A stretch of DNA of 64,000 nucleotides from an uncultured Gemmatimonadaceae bacterium (GTDB taxonomy: Bacteria; Gemmatimonadota; Gemmatimonadetes; Gemmatimonadales; Gemmatimonadaceae), in the NCBI GenBank assembly GCA_963781585.1, contig CAWAGQ010000014.1, forward strand, positions 96,001-160,000, given 5' to 3'. The notes under the pieces were generated by a model, which made no database searches, had not been told where the DNA came from, and saw only the letters and a program-made list of their open reading frames with translations. This document shows, piece by piece, positions 21,336 to 30,980 of the stretch. Position 1 is the first letter of the stretch, and every line of letters begins with the position of its first letter. The position numbers and the translations under genes are program-made.

Positions 21336-22023
21336 TACTCCCCCTCCACGTTGCCGTGAGCCGGTACCCGAAGTGGCGCCGGATCACGGGGTCAACCCCG
21401 GTCGCACCGCGCACCAACGCGCGGAGTTCCCGGGAAGTATAGCCACGCAGAATCGACACGACACCGTCGTGCCGACTCACCGGATGGAACCCGAGCACCC
21501 ATGAGAACGACCAGAGGGCCGCGACCGCGACCCAGCTCCGGCGGAGGTCCGCGACGATCACACGTCGTTTCGCCACGCGGTGCATCTCGGTGAGGAGCCT
21601 CGAGGCGTCAGCGTCCATGAAGTGATGCAGCAGCTGCGAACAGCAGACGATGTCAATGGACCGATCGGCGAAGGGAAGCCACAGGGCATCAGCGCACACC
21701 GGATCGGCCGGCCACGCGCGCGCGGCCGTGACGAGTTCGGCCTGGTCGTCGAGCCCGACCACGTGAACGGTCACCCCAAGTCGCGCAGCGATGCGGGCGA
21801 ATCGGGCGGGGATGTCGCCGGTGCCGGTGCCGACATCGAGGAGAGTGAGTTCAGCGGGGAGGTGCGCCAGCAGCGGCCTGAGCTCCGCGAGAACAGCGCG
21901 CGAGCCGCCGAACAGACGGTTCGCGAGCGCGATGTCCCGGTGCGAACGACGCCTGACGCGGAGGTCGATCCGGGGGTCGTCGAGATACTCCACGCCGCGC
22001 CGCCTTGCCGGCGTGAGGGACAT
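21319..22023 (-). CDS. SAM-dependent methyltransferase
   Basis: LLDVGTGTGD motif I, DALWLPFADRSIDIV, LHHF, HDGVVSILRGYT; TGATG overlap with the upstream gene. Confidence 0.92.
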   Translation of the reverse strand: MSLTPARRRGVEYLDDPRIDLRVRRRSHRDIALANRLFGGSRAVLAELRPLLAHLPAELTLLDVGTGTGDIPARFARIAARLGVTVHVVGLDDQAELVTAARAWPADPVCADALWLPFADRSIDIVCCSQLLHHFMDADASRLLTEMHRVAKRRVIVADLRRSWVAVAALWSFSWVLGFHPVSRHDGVVSILRGYTSRELRALVRGATGVDPVIRRHFGYRLTATWRGSSVQPQ

Positions 22024-22502
22024 CAACGCTCCAGTTCGGCGTACCCACCGCGGTAGTGAAGGAGCGGGCGGACATCCCGCGCCACCGCGTGTTCGACCGC
22101 GGCAATATGGAGTTGATGATCTCCCCCATCATGCTCCCGGATCAGCGTGCACTCGAGCCAGGCGAGCACGTCGTCGAGGATCACGGGGCCCCGGTTGCTC
22201 CGGGAAAAGCCGATCCCGTCGAATCGCTTGGTGCCCTCGAATTCGGCGAACCTCCGCGACAGGAGCTCCTGCGGGGCGGCCAGGATGTTCACCACCACGG
22301 CGAGGCCCGGCGCGAGGAGCGGGTGCATGTCCGCGCGGCGGTCGACGCACAGGGCCACCAGCGGTGGTGACAGGCTGAGCGAGCAAAACGACGACACCGT
22401 CATTCCGTGATCATTTCCGGCGCCGTCGCGGGCCGTGAGCACCGTGACGCCGGTCGCGAAGCGACCGAGGACCGAGCGGAAGGTATCGGGGTCGAGGCTC
22501 AT
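22023..22502 (-). CDS. Flavin reductase family protein (HpaC/RutF-like)
   Basis: FRSVLGRFATGVTVLT, GMTVSSFCSLSLSPPLV, GGDH, PLLHYRGGY. Confidence 0.95.
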   Translation of the reverse strand: MSLDPDTFRSVLGRFATGVTVLTARDGAGNDHGMTVSSFCSLSLSPPLVALCVDRRADMHPLLAPGLAVVVNILAAPQELLSRRFAEFEGTKRFDGIGFSRSNRGPVILDDVLAWLECTLIREHDGGDHQLHIAAVEHAVARDVRPLLHYRGGYAELER

Positions 22503-23803
22503 CGGGAGTGGGGAACAGCCTGGGAGGAGTCGAGACCTGCGCGGTCCGGCCGCGGATGGGTGAAACCAGCCGTTATCAAGTGCCACATGTACCCTGGCCG
22601 CAAGACCTCCCGCGCCGGCACGAAGTCCCCGGTGACGCCGACCAGGAGATCGGCCAGGTCCGCGCGCGCAGCGAGCGAGCGGGCCGCGTGGTTGATCAGC
22701 AGAGGGAAGGCGACGGCGACGCCCACGGCACGCTCTACCTTCCACTTTCCGCCGAACTCACGGCGACGCGCCATCTCGTAGGCGCGGAGGGCGTCCTGTG
22801 CGCGGCGCGGGACCTGAGCGCGGACGGCCTCGCGGGCGTGCGAGGCCAGGATCTCCCCACCGCGCAGCGCCGCGTAGATCCCCTCGCCGGTGAACGGGTC
22901 GAAGAAGTCGGCCGCGTCGCCGACGAGGACAACCCCCGGCGCCCAGGCCCGCCTGGCCCGCCAGTTGAACGTCCCGACTGCGCGCACAGTGGTTACGCGC
23001 GTTGCTCTGCTCAGGCGTTGGGCGATGCCGGGAGCGCGCGCAAGTCGACGCGCGAGAAACCCGGCGGCGTCGCCCGCCATGCCCGGCGATTCGTGTGCCC
23101 CCACCACCAGCGCCACGTTCGTCACCCCCAAGCCGACATCTGCCAGTCCGACGTAGCCGCCCGCGAAGACATGCATCTCCCCGCAGTCGCCCACGCCGTC
23201 CACTCCGCAATAGTGCGTCACCAGCGCCACCCGCGTCGGCCACCGGCCGTGGCCGCCGAGGTGCGCGCGCCGCGCCACCACCGACCGCAGACCGTCGGCA
23301 CCCACCACCAGGGGCGCCCGCATCGTGCGCGTCCCGCCGGCCGCATCGCGCACCACGACGCCCGTGATGCCCGCGCGACCACCTCCCGGTGCGAATTCGA
23401 GGTCCACGACACGGACCTGTTCGCGCAGCCGCGCGCCCGCTGCCTCCGCGGCCCGCACGAGCAGCGCGTCGAGCGCCAGCCGGCGGATGCCGAGGCCCGT
23501 GTCACGAAATCCCGCGAATCCATGGGACGCCGCAAACTGGCCGTGCACTTCGACACCGTTGGGTGCGCGCACGCGCATGCCGGTCAGATGCGAGGCGCCC
23601 AGCCGCTCGACCTCCGCCAGCACACCCATCGCGTCGAGCAGGCGCGATGCCTGTGGACTGAGGTACTCGGCGCAAGGCTTGTCGCGGGGGAAGCGGGCCC
23701 GATCCAGCAGCAGCACATCTACCCCCGCCCGCGCCAGAAAAAACGCCGTGGCCGAACCAGCCGGCCCGGCTCCCACGACGATCACTTCCGCGTCATCCGC
23801 CAT
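22499..23803 (-). CDS. NAD(P)/FAD-dependent oxidoreductase (geranylgeranyl reductase-like)
   Basis: VIVVGAGPAGS, FPRDKPCAEYLSP, VGADGLRSVV, LVGDAADFFDPFTGEGIYAAL. Confidence 0.93.
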   Translation of the reverse strand: MADDAEVIVVGAGPAGSATAFFLARAGVDVLLLDRARFPRDKPCAEYLSPQASRLLDAMGVLAEVERLGASHLTGMRVRAPNGVEVHGQFAASHGFAGFRDTGLGIRRLALDALLVRAAEAAGARLREQVRVVDLEFAPGGGRAGITGVVVRDAAGGTRTMRAPLVVGADGLRSVVARRAHLGGHGRWPTRVALVTHYCGVDGVGDCGEMHVFAGGYVGLADVGLGVTNVALVVGAHESPGMAGDAAGFLARRLARAPGIAQRLSRATRVTTVRAVGTFNWRARRAWAPGVVLVGDAADFFDPFTGEGIYAALRGGEILASHAREAVRAQVPRRAQDALRAYEMARRREFGGKWKVERAVGVAVAFPLLINHAARSLAARADLADLLVGVTGDFVPAREVLRPGYMWHLITAGFTHPRPDRAGLDSSQAVPHSR

Positions 23804-23809
23804 CGGCTG

Positions 23810-24586
23810 TCATGAAAGGGCAGAGGTGACCAAGGCGCCAAGGATCACGCTCGTGAGGTTCACGGCATCGTTGGTGTACCCCCGGAGACCGCCTCGGACT
23901 TCCGTTCGCGTCGCGCAGTTGTGCACGCGGCGCTCGGTCATCCGGCCACACGCGTTGCACCAGCGACGTTCCTGAAGAGTGGCACCGAGCAGGGAGTCCG
24001 CGACAAGCCCGGCGATGCCGCCAGCGACCGTCGCGACAAACGGCACGCGCCAGCGAAGGCCGACCGCCAGTAGCGCGACTGCCGTCGCCCCAATCACGCC
24101 CGCGAGCGTACCAACGGCTGTAATTCCTCCCGACGCCCCATGTGGGAGCGTCCGTCCATTGAGGATATGCCGCGGCGTCCCCCCGCGCACCGTACCGACC
24201 TCGGTGCTCCAGGTGTCCGCGGTGGCTGCTCCGATGGCTCCGACGCCGATTGCCCTCCAGACCATGGCAGGCGCGAGTGACCATCCCAGCGCGGCCAGGG
24301 CGAATACTGCGCCGTTTGCGCCGACCTGCCAGGCATCGCGAGCCGCGCCCTTGTCCACCATGCCGTTGAGGAGTGCACGCCTGGCGTCGTCACGCCACGC
24401 GGAAAGGACCGTGGATGAGATAAAGAAGAACAGGAGCAACGCCACCCAGTCCACTCCTCCGAGCAGGCAGCACGTGCCCACGACCGCGGCTGCCGCCGCA
24501 CCGCCGGCGCTGAGCGCGCGGACGCGGTGAGCCGTCACGGCAAGTAGTGCCGCGACCAGCAGGGCGAAGGCGGTGCGGAAAAGCAA
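23810..24586 (-). CDS. DUF92 (TMEM19-like) membrane protein
   Basis: RDAWQVGANG, AATADTWSTEVG, GASGGITAVGT, DSLLGATLQ, NDAVN. Start uncertain (TTG 24586 or 24655). Confidence 0.92.
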   Translation of the reverse strand: MLFRTAFALLVAALLAVTAHRVRALSAGGAAAAAVVGTCCLLGGVDWVALLLFFFISSTVLSAWRDDARRALLNGMVDKGAARDAWQVGANGAVFALAALGWSLAPAMVWRAIGVGAIGAATADTWSTEVGTVRGGTPRHILNGRTLPHGASGGITAVGTLAGVIGATAVALLAVGLRWRVPFVATVAGGIAGLVADSLLGATLQERRWCNACGRMTERRVHNCATRTEVRGGLRGYTNDAVNLTSVILGALVTSALS

Positions 24587-24759
24587 GGTGGAATGCGCGG
24601 AGGTGGACGGGTGCTCGGGGAGGCGAAGTTGGACGCTGGTGGAAGGTTCCGGCAAGGCGCGTTCGGGGTCGGACGCGTCGTCGCGGAGCGGATATTGGCC
24701 GTAGATGCTTGAATGGTCGAATCGCGGCCGTTAGCTTCGCACGCACGAGTCCGCTCCCA

Positions 24760-25389
24760 ATGGATGCCACCGTTGACGCTCTGCTCCCGCTGTCGTTCCT
24801 CGAGGCTGTTCGCGACGTCGACACACCGGTCGAGGACTTCGAGGCCGAACTGGTGGGCGAGTTGCGGAACAAGCGCCTTGGATTGAGCGACACGGTCTAC
24901 AAGCAGATTCGGCGATATTCCGACGCTGTAAGGCGCAATCAGCGCACGGCGCACGATGAAGCGGTGGCTCTGGCGAAGCTGGTGGGCCGCCGCCCCGATG
25001 CCGAAGCGGTGTTCCGGGCGGCGGGACGTTTTCTGGCACGGGAAGCGTATCGAACTGTGTCACCGGTGGTGCGACGCTTCATGCTGATGGTGCCGGCGCT
25101 CCTTGCGCGGCCGATCGCGCTGCGCCATACGAAGCGCCTGTCCCGTCGCTATTTCAACGGTGGGGTATCGCGCGTGGGTTCGTCCGTCTATCTCGAGGTC
25201 AGGCAGTCGGTGACGTTGGAATCGGCGCCGCGCTCGGTTGGCTGCGCGTACTACGAAGCGGGCCTCAAGGAGCTGCTTCGCCTGCTGGTGAACAGTGTGG
25301 GAGGAGTGGAGCACGTGCGTTGTGCGGCCCGCGGCGAAGGTGCCTGCGCGTGGCGAGCCGACTGGCGACCGGCAAAGGGATCGGACTGA
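24760..25389 (+). CDS. Hypothetical protein with C-terminal V4R-like domain
   Basis: GCAYYEAGLKELL...VEHVRCAARGEGACAW matches the V4R Cys/His spacing. Confidence 0.65.
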   Translation: MDATVDALLPLSFLEAVRDVDTPVEDFEAELVGELRNKRLGLSDTVYKQIRRYSDAVRRNQRTAHDEAVALAKLVGRRPDAEAVFRAAGRFLAREAYRTVSPVVRRFMLMVPALLARPIALRHTKRLSRRYFNGGVSRVGSSVYLEVRQSVTLESAPRSVGCAYYEAGLKELLRLLVNSVGGVEHVRCAARGEGACAWRADWRPAKGSD

Positions 25390-25393
25390 CGCG

Positions 25394-26572
25394 ATGCTCT
25401 CGACATCGACGCTTCCCTCGTTGCAGCAGTTCCTGGCCGAAGCCGGTGTGGACGGCTGGCTGCTGTACGATTTCCGCGGAGTGAATCCGATTGCCAGTTC
25501 GCTGTTGGGCGTGAGCGGGCACATCACCCGGCGCTTCTTCGTGTGGGTGCCGGCAACCGGCGTGCCGGTTGCCCTGACGCACGCGATTGAGCAGGGCGTG
25601 TGGCGCGACTGGCCGCGCGAGTGGCGCAAGGAGCGCTACAGCGCATGGTGGGTGCTCGAGGAGCACCTCAAGCAGCTGGTGGCGGGCAAGACGGTGATGA
25701 TGGAGTACTCGGCCGGAGATGCCGTACCGTACCTCGATCGCATTCCCGCGGGCGTGATCGAGATGGTGCGGGCCGCGGGCGCAACCATCGTCTCGTCAGG
25801 CAACCTGGTGACCGGGCTGTATGCGGTGTGGACGCCCGCCGAGCTTGCGTCGCACCGGCGGGCGGCTGAAGTCGTGGCCGCGATCGCGCAGGACGCGATA
25901 CGGTTCGCGGGCGAGCAGGCGAGGTCGGGCCGCGCGGCCGCCGAGCACGAAGTGCAGCGGCGCATCATGGAAGCATTCGACCACGCCGGTCTGGTGTTCG
26001 ATCACGGACCCAACGTCTCGGTCGGCGCCAATGCCGCCAACCCGCATTACGAGCCGTCGGCGGAGCAGTCGCAGCTCATCACCAGCGGGAACGTCCTGCT
26101 GATCGATCTCTGGGCGAAGGAACCGGATGGGGTGTACGCGGACCAGACCTGGATGGCGGTGATCGGCGCACCCGGTGAAAGGGTGGTGGAACTGTGGGGC
26201 GTGGTGCGCGACGCGCGAGATGCGGCGCTGACAATGCTGCGCCAGCGGATCGGCGCGGGGACAACGGTCCGGGGGGCGGACGTGGATGACGCGGCCCGGG
26301 CGGTCGTGGACAGCCGCGGATTCGGTGAGTTCTTCACCCATCGCACCGGGCATTCGATCGATCCCCACGACCTGCACGGATCCGGTCCGAATCTGGACAA
26401 CCTGGAAACCCGCGAGGAGCGGCTGCTGATCCCGGGCGTGGGATTCTCCGTCGAGCCGGGCGTCTACATCCCGGGCCAGGTAGGCGTTCGCAGCGAAGTG
26501 AATGCCTTTTTCGGGGACGGAGAGCTGATTGTCACGCCGGAGAGATATCAGGCCGACCTGCTGGTCGTGTAG
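25394..26572 (+). CDS. M24 family (Xaa-Pro) aminopeptidase
   Basis: NAANPHY, LLIDLW, YADQTW, FTHRTGHSI, FSVEPGVY, GVRSE metal-ligand motifs. Confidence 0.93.
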   Translation: MLSTSTLPSLQQFLAEAGVDGWLLYDFRGVNPIASSLLGVSGHITRRFFVWVPATGVPVALTHAIEQGVWRDWPREWRKERYSAWWVLEEHLKQLVAGKTVMMEYSAGDAVPYLDRIPAGVIEMVRAAGATIVSSGNLVTGLYAVWTPAELASHRRAAEVVAAIAQDAIRFAGEQARSGRAAAEHEVQRRIMEAFDHAGLVFDHGPNVSVGANAANPHYEPSAEQSQLITSGNVLLIDLWAKEPDGVYADQTWMAVIGAPGERVVELWGVVRDARDAALTMLRQRIGAGTTVRGADVDDAARAVVDSRGFGEFFTHRTGHSIDPHDLHGSGPNLDNLETREERLLIPGVGFSVEPGVYIPGQVGVRSEVNAFFGDGELIVTPERYQADLLVV

Positions 26573-27919
26573 GTGACGGCTTCACCAGGATTGGCGACGT
26601 CGCTGCGCCGCGAGCTCGGGCTGTTCTCGGCGGCGATGATGGTCGTGGGCGGGATCATCGGCAGCGGCATCTTCTTCACGCCGGCCGAGGTGGCGAAGGC
26701 GTTGCCGGCGGGGCCGTGGGTGCTGGGTGTGTGGGGGCTGGGGGGGGTGGTGGCGCTGGCCGGGGCGTTCACGTACGCCGAGCTCGGGGCGATGATGCCT
26801 AACGCCGGCGGCGGATACTTCTACATCCGGCAGGCATTCGGCGCGCTTCCCGCATTTCTGTGCGGCTGGATGACGATCCTGAGTGTCGCCACCGGCTCGC
26901 TGGCGGCGGTGGCGATGGGGTTCGCCGGGTACGCGGCGCGATACGCGGACCTGACCCCGGTCGGCGGTCAGATCGGGCTGGCGGCGCTCACGATCGTGGT
27001 CCTGGGAGCGACCAACTATGCGGGCATCCGGCCTGGCGCCGTTGTTCAGAATCTGCTCACGGTGGCCAAGATCGTGGCGCTGGGTGGATTGATCGTGACC
27101 GGGTTCGTGCTCTGGGCGCATGTCGGCGCACCGTTGCCGGTGGCCGATGCGCCGGCGCCCCGAGGGTCGCTGGTCGCTGGTCTGGCGGCGGCATTCGTGG
27201 CGGTGCTGTTCACGATCGGTGGATGGCAGCAGCTCAACATGGTCGGCGGGGAAATCCGCGATCCGGAGCGGACCGTACCGCGGGCGCTCTTCCTGGGCGT
27301 GATGATCGTGATCGTGATCTATCTGGGCGCGAACGCCGTCTATCTGCACGTGCTGGGTCGCGACGGGCAGGCTGCGAGCACCGCGGTCGCGGCGGACACC
27401 GCCGCACGACTCATCGGGCCGGTTGGCGGCAGTCTGATTTCCCTCGGCGCGATGCTGTCCATCCTCGGCTTCGTGAACGTCGCGATCATGGGCAACACTC
27501 GCATCCCCTACGCGATGGCGCGTGACGGGTTGTTCGTGCAGGCCGCGGGGCGACTCCACCGCCGGTTCGCCACGCCGCACATTTCGATCGTCATCATCGT
27601 CGTGTGGACGCTGGTGCTGCTTTTCGGGACCCGTGGCAACCTGGGCGCGCTCCTCTCGGGCGTTGTCTTCGCAGACTGGATTTCCTTTGGTCTGGCGGGG
27701 GCGAGCGTGTTCGTTCTTCGGCGGACGATGCCAACGGCGCCGCGTCCGTATCGGGCATGGGGCTATCCGTTCGTGCCCGGACTGTTCGTCCTGTCGGCGA
27801 TGATCGGCGTGACCAGCGCGTATGTGGCGTCACCGCGCACGTCGCTGCTGGGTACGGGGCTCCTGGTGGCCGGTGTGGCCGCGTATCTCCTGTGGTGGCG
27901 TCGCCCTCGAGCGGCGTAA
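26573..27919 (+). CDS. APC family amino acid permease
   Basis: GGIIGSGIF, YAELGAMMPNAGGGY, GGEIRDPERTVPRA, 12 TM helices. Confidence 0.93.
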   Translation: MTASPGLATSLRRELGLFSAAMMVVGGIIGSGIFFTPAEVAKALPAGPWVLGVWGLGGVVALAGAFTYAELGAMMPNAGGGYFYIRQAFGALPAFLCGWMTILSVATGSLAAVAMGFAGYAARYADLTPVGGQIGLAALTIVVLGATNYAGIRPGAVVQNLLTVAKIVALGGLIVTGFVLWAHVGAPLPVADAPAPRGSLVAGLAAAFVAVLFTIGGWQQLNMVGGEIRDPERTVPRALFLGVMIVIVIYLGANAVYLHVLGRDGQAASTAVAADTAARLIGPVGGSLISLGAMLSILGFVNVAIMGNTRIPYAMARDGLFVQAAGRLHRRFATPHISIVIIVVWTLVLLFGTRGNLGALLSGVVFADWISFGLAGASVFVLRRTMPTAPRPYRAWGYPFVPGLFVLSAMIGVTSAYVASPRTSLLGTGLLVAGVAAYLLWWRRPRAA

Positions 27920-28003
27920 GCCTGTCCGGGTATGCTTGCGCGCGCGCCCCTGAGGTGCGTAGCGTTGGCGTCAGAAGCTCAATCGAGCGAGAGGAAACGG
28001 TAG

Positions 28004-28234
28004 ATGCCGACTTATCTGTACGAGACCGTACCTGCCGCAGGCGAGGCCGCGCGGCGTTTCGAGCTGCGGCAGCATATCGACGAGCCCGCGCTCGGGACGG
28101 ATCCGGAAACGGGCGAGCCGGTGCGACGCGTGATTTCCGGCGGCTTGGGCATTGTCACGCGGGGCGGGGACGCGATCCCGGAATCCGGTCCGGGCTGTGG
28201 TCCGGATACCTGCAGCTGCGGCCGGTTTTCGTAA
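28004..28234 (+). CDS. FmdB-like zinc-ribbon protein (variant lacking the ribbon CxxC pairs)
   Basis: MPTYLYE...RRFELRQ...P.TGEPVRRVISGG; C-terminal CGPDTCSC; GAGGA SD. Confidence 0.75.
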   Translation: MPTYLYETVPAAGEAARRFELRQHIDEPALGTDPETGEPVRRVISGGLGIVTRGGDAIPESGPGCGPDTCSCGRFS

Positions 28235-28354
28235 GGGGAGCCAGCGGGCGTCTTCGCGAGAGCGACCCCTGAAGGCGGGTTGCTGCATGCGGGAGGACCA
28301 GGTCGGGAGGTGCTGCAGGGCCCGCGTACCGCAGCGCAGCGCGGCGCTACGATT

Positions 28355-28627
28355 CTATGCCAGCCACTGCCTGATGCGATACATCTCCTCGCTCACTGTG
28401 CGCTGGGCGGCGAGGGCCTGCTCCATCTGCTCGAGCAGCTCGTCGGGAGGGACCTCGTAATCCTCCCCTTCGGTGATGGCGGTGTGTGACGTCCATTCGC
28501 GAACGCGCACCAGGCCGTCGTGGGGGCGGCCGATGAGCAACAGACGTTCGGGCTGCCCCTTGCCCGATCCGACGGCGACGGTGAGGAATTCGCCCTCCCC
28601 CAGGGGGCCGGGGCGCGGGTCGGTCAT
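28355..28627 (-). CDS. Hypothetical protein (90 aa)
   Basis: ATG overlaps the ctaB stop (ATGA); ERLLLIGRPHDGLVRVREW...YRIRQWLA. Confidence 0.7.
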   Translation of the reverse strand: MTDPRPGPLGEGEFLTVAVGSGKGQPERLLLIGRPHDGLVRVREWTSHTAITEGEDYEVPPDELLEQMEQALAAQRTVSEEMYRIRQWLA

Positions 28628-29547
28628 CGATGAAGCAGGCTGGACGCCGCGGACCACAGGCCGGACCGTCGATCGAGCACCATGACCACGAAGAGCAGGG
28701 CGAGGTAGAGCAGGGAATACTTGTAGAGCGCCCAGGCGTACCGGGTCCACGGCTGTCGGGTGCGAACCCGCCAGACCCCGACCAGCAGGATGCTGCCTAA
28801 CGTGATGGCGCCAAGCAGGTAGACGGGTCCGAACGCGCCGAAGGTCACCGGAATGATTGTGAGCGCGACCAGAATGAGACTGTACCAGACCATCTGGTCC
28901 ATCGTCTCGCGCTCCCCCCAGACGACCGGGGCCATCGGCACGCCGGCGCGCCCGTAGTCTGCCTGCTTGAGGAGCGCCAGCGCCCAGAAATGGGGCGGGG
29001 TCCAGTAGAACACGATCAGAAAGAGGTACAGTGCCGTGAGGTCGATCGAGCCTGTGACCGCCGCCCAGCCAACCAGCGGCGGAAACGCTCCCGCGGCGCC
29101 GCCGAGCACGATGTTTTGCGGTGTGGCGCGCTTGAGCCACCGGGTGTAGACGAACACGTAGAAGTAGAAGCCGCCCAGCGCCAGGCCCGCCGTGAGCACG
29201 TTGACGAACTGCGCCAGGAGCCAGGTGGCGGCCACCGCCAGCGCGATGCCGAATGCCAGTACCGAAAGCGGCGACAGGCGGCCGCTGGGGATGGGACGCA
29301 GTCTGGTTCGCGCCATCTTGTCGTCGATATCGCGATCGAGATACATGTTGACCGCGTTGGCGCCACCGGCCATCAGGTAGCCGCCGACCATGACCAGCAG
29401 GACCTGCAGCAGGCCTGGTGTCCCGGCGACGTACATCGGCGCCACGGTAGTGACCAGCAGCAGCGAAATGATGCGCGGCTTGGTGAGCGAAACGAAGTCG
29501 CGCACCGCGCCAGTTCTCTGCGCTTCCCCGACTGCGATGCCGCTCAC
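28624..29547 (-). CDS. ctaB: Protoheme IX farnesyltransferase (heme o synthase)
   Basis: LTKPRIISLLL, NMYLDRDIDDKMARTRLRPIPSG, YTRWLKR, WTPPHFWALA. Confidence 0.96.
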   Translation of the reverse strand: MSGIAVGEAQRTGAVRDFVSLTKPRIISLLLVTTVAPMYVAGTPGLLQVLLVMVGGYLMAGGANAVNMYLDRDIDDKMARTRLRPIPSGRLSPLSVLAFGIALAVAATWLLAQFVNVLTAGLALGGFYFYVFVYTRWLKRATPQNIVLGGAAGAFPPLVGWAAVTGSIDLTALYLFLIVFYWTPPHFWALALLKQADYGRAGVPMAPVVWGERETMDQMVWYSLILVALTIIPVTFGAFGPVYLLGAITLGSILLVGVWRVRTRQPWTRYAWALYKYSLLYLALLFVVMVLDRRSGLWSAASSLLHR

Positions 29548-30569
29548 GCGCGCGCCTCCGCCCGGGTGGCCACGACGGCGGCGCTCTCGCGATGCTCCAC
29601 CCGGCGGCCATGGGCCAGTTGGTGCGCGACGTACCCGAAGGCAAAGACCACGATCCAGAGGAGCGTGCCAACGCCCTCGTGAAGGGAGCGCCAGACCGGA
29701 GGAAGATGGAATTCCACCATGGTCGCCGCCACCGCGATCTGCAAGAAGATCACGGTGAGCACGATTCGCGCGAACGCCGCCAGCCTTCGTTCCCGACGCT
29801 GGGTGAACACCACCCCGGCCCAGCCGACGAGCAGAAAGAGCGAATACGCAACGATGCGGTGCACGAATTGGAGATACTGTGCCGTGTCGGTCGGGAGCAG
29901 CCCGCCGCGGCAGAGTGGGAAGCCCAGGCAGGCGACGTTGGCGCCCGGGATGTTTGCCGTGAGGGCTCCGAGCGCGACGGCCAGGAACCCGAGGGCGGCG
30001 GCCACAGTCGCCACGCGGGCGCTCGCCGGCGAGGCGGTCCACTCTGCGCTCCGGTGGTCCACGTGGCGTTCAAATGGTGATGGAGTTGTCGCAGTGCGCA
30101 CGTAAGATGGTATTTGGGGGGGGCCCCCCGCGCGAACCACCGCCACCACCAACACGGCCAACAAACTCATCGCCAGCGCCAGATGCGTCACGATCACGAG
30201 CTTGTTTGCCAACGCCATCCATACGGTGATGGCTCCGAAAATCGCGGTCGTCAGCACCAACCCACCCGCCAGTAACGCGGGCCGGAATACACCCCCACGA
30301 CCACCCACCCACGCTTCACCGCGCCGCCGCCACGTCGCCAGCACGAGCCCGACGATTGCCGCCGTCAGCGTTGCCGCGAGATAACGATGCGAAACCTCGA
30401 TCACCAGCGCCGGCTGCGAAAATGGTGGAATCCAGTGCCCCTGGCACTTGGGCCAGCTGTCGCCGCAGCCCAGCCCCGACCCGGTGATACGCACGACCGC
30501 GCCGAACACGGTGTGCGCAAAGCCCAGCCCCAAGGCGATCCACGCGATACCACGAACCCGCCCCATCAC
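29544..30569 (-). CDS. ctaA: Heme A synthase (CtaA/COX15)
   Basis: GAVVRITGSGLGCGDSWPKC, IEVSHR, VTHL, ACLGFPLC, QFVHR, SLHE. Confidence 0.93.
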   Translation of the reverse strand: MMGRVRGIAWIALGLGFAHTVFGAVVRITGSGLGCGDSWPKCQGHWIPPFSQPALVIEVSHRYLAATLTAAIVGLVLATWRRRGEAWVGGRGGVFRPALLAGGLVLTTAIFGAITVWMALANKLVIVTHLALAMSLLAVLVVAVVRAGGPPQIPSYVRTATTPSPFERHVDHRSAEWTASPASARVATVAAALGFLAVALGALTANIPGANVACLGFPLCRGGLLPTDTAQYLQFVHRIVAYSLFLLVGWAGVVFTQRRERRLAAFARIVLTVIFLQIAVAATMVEFHLPPVWRSLHEGVGTLLWIVVFAFGYVAHQLAHGRRVEHRESAAVVATRAEARA

Positions 30570-30579
30570 TGCCCTTCGC

Positions 30580-30825
30580 TCACGTCAACGTGGACATGCC
30601 GGCGCCGGACACGCGGCCGCCCAGCGCGTGCCAGGTCGCGAGCAGCACCGCCAGGAGCCCTAGCGCAGGGATGACCACCCAGGCGATCTCCTTCCATCTC
30701 GCGGACGGCGCGCGCGACCGCCCCGGCGCCCGGCCCGCGACGACGTCGCGGACAACGAAAAGCTGCGCGGTGACACAGACGACCGCAGCCAGCCAGAACA
30801 GGGCGTTGAGAGAGCTTCGCAGCAC
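30580..30825 (-). CDS. Small 2-TM protein resembling the cytochrome c oxidase subunit II membrane anchor
   Basis: Two TM helices; WKEIAWVVIPA resembles CoxB LEIIWTVIP; directly upstream of ctaA. Confidence 0.6.
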   Translation of the reverse strand: MLRSSLNALFWLAAVVCVTAQLFVVRDVVAGRAPGRSRAPSARWKEIAWVVIPALGLLAVLLATWHALGGRVSGAGMSTLT

Positions 30826-30980
30826 CGGTGGTCAAGTCGGGAGATTGAGTCGCGCGACGGCCTCGAAAGCTGTACCGGCGCCGGATGGCTTTCAACCGCG
30901 CCGCAACACCGGAGCGGGCGTTGCCGTTCACGGCCCAGTTGCACTCGCGGGTGCGCGCGTGGCGTGGTAGCATTGCGCCC

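Noticed and set aside
22023..23803. Flavin-dependent halogenase plus partner reductase
   Set aside because: The flavoprotein lacks the WxWxIP motif (it reads GGYVGLADVG) and has GGR-type PRDKPC and DPFTGEGI motifs.
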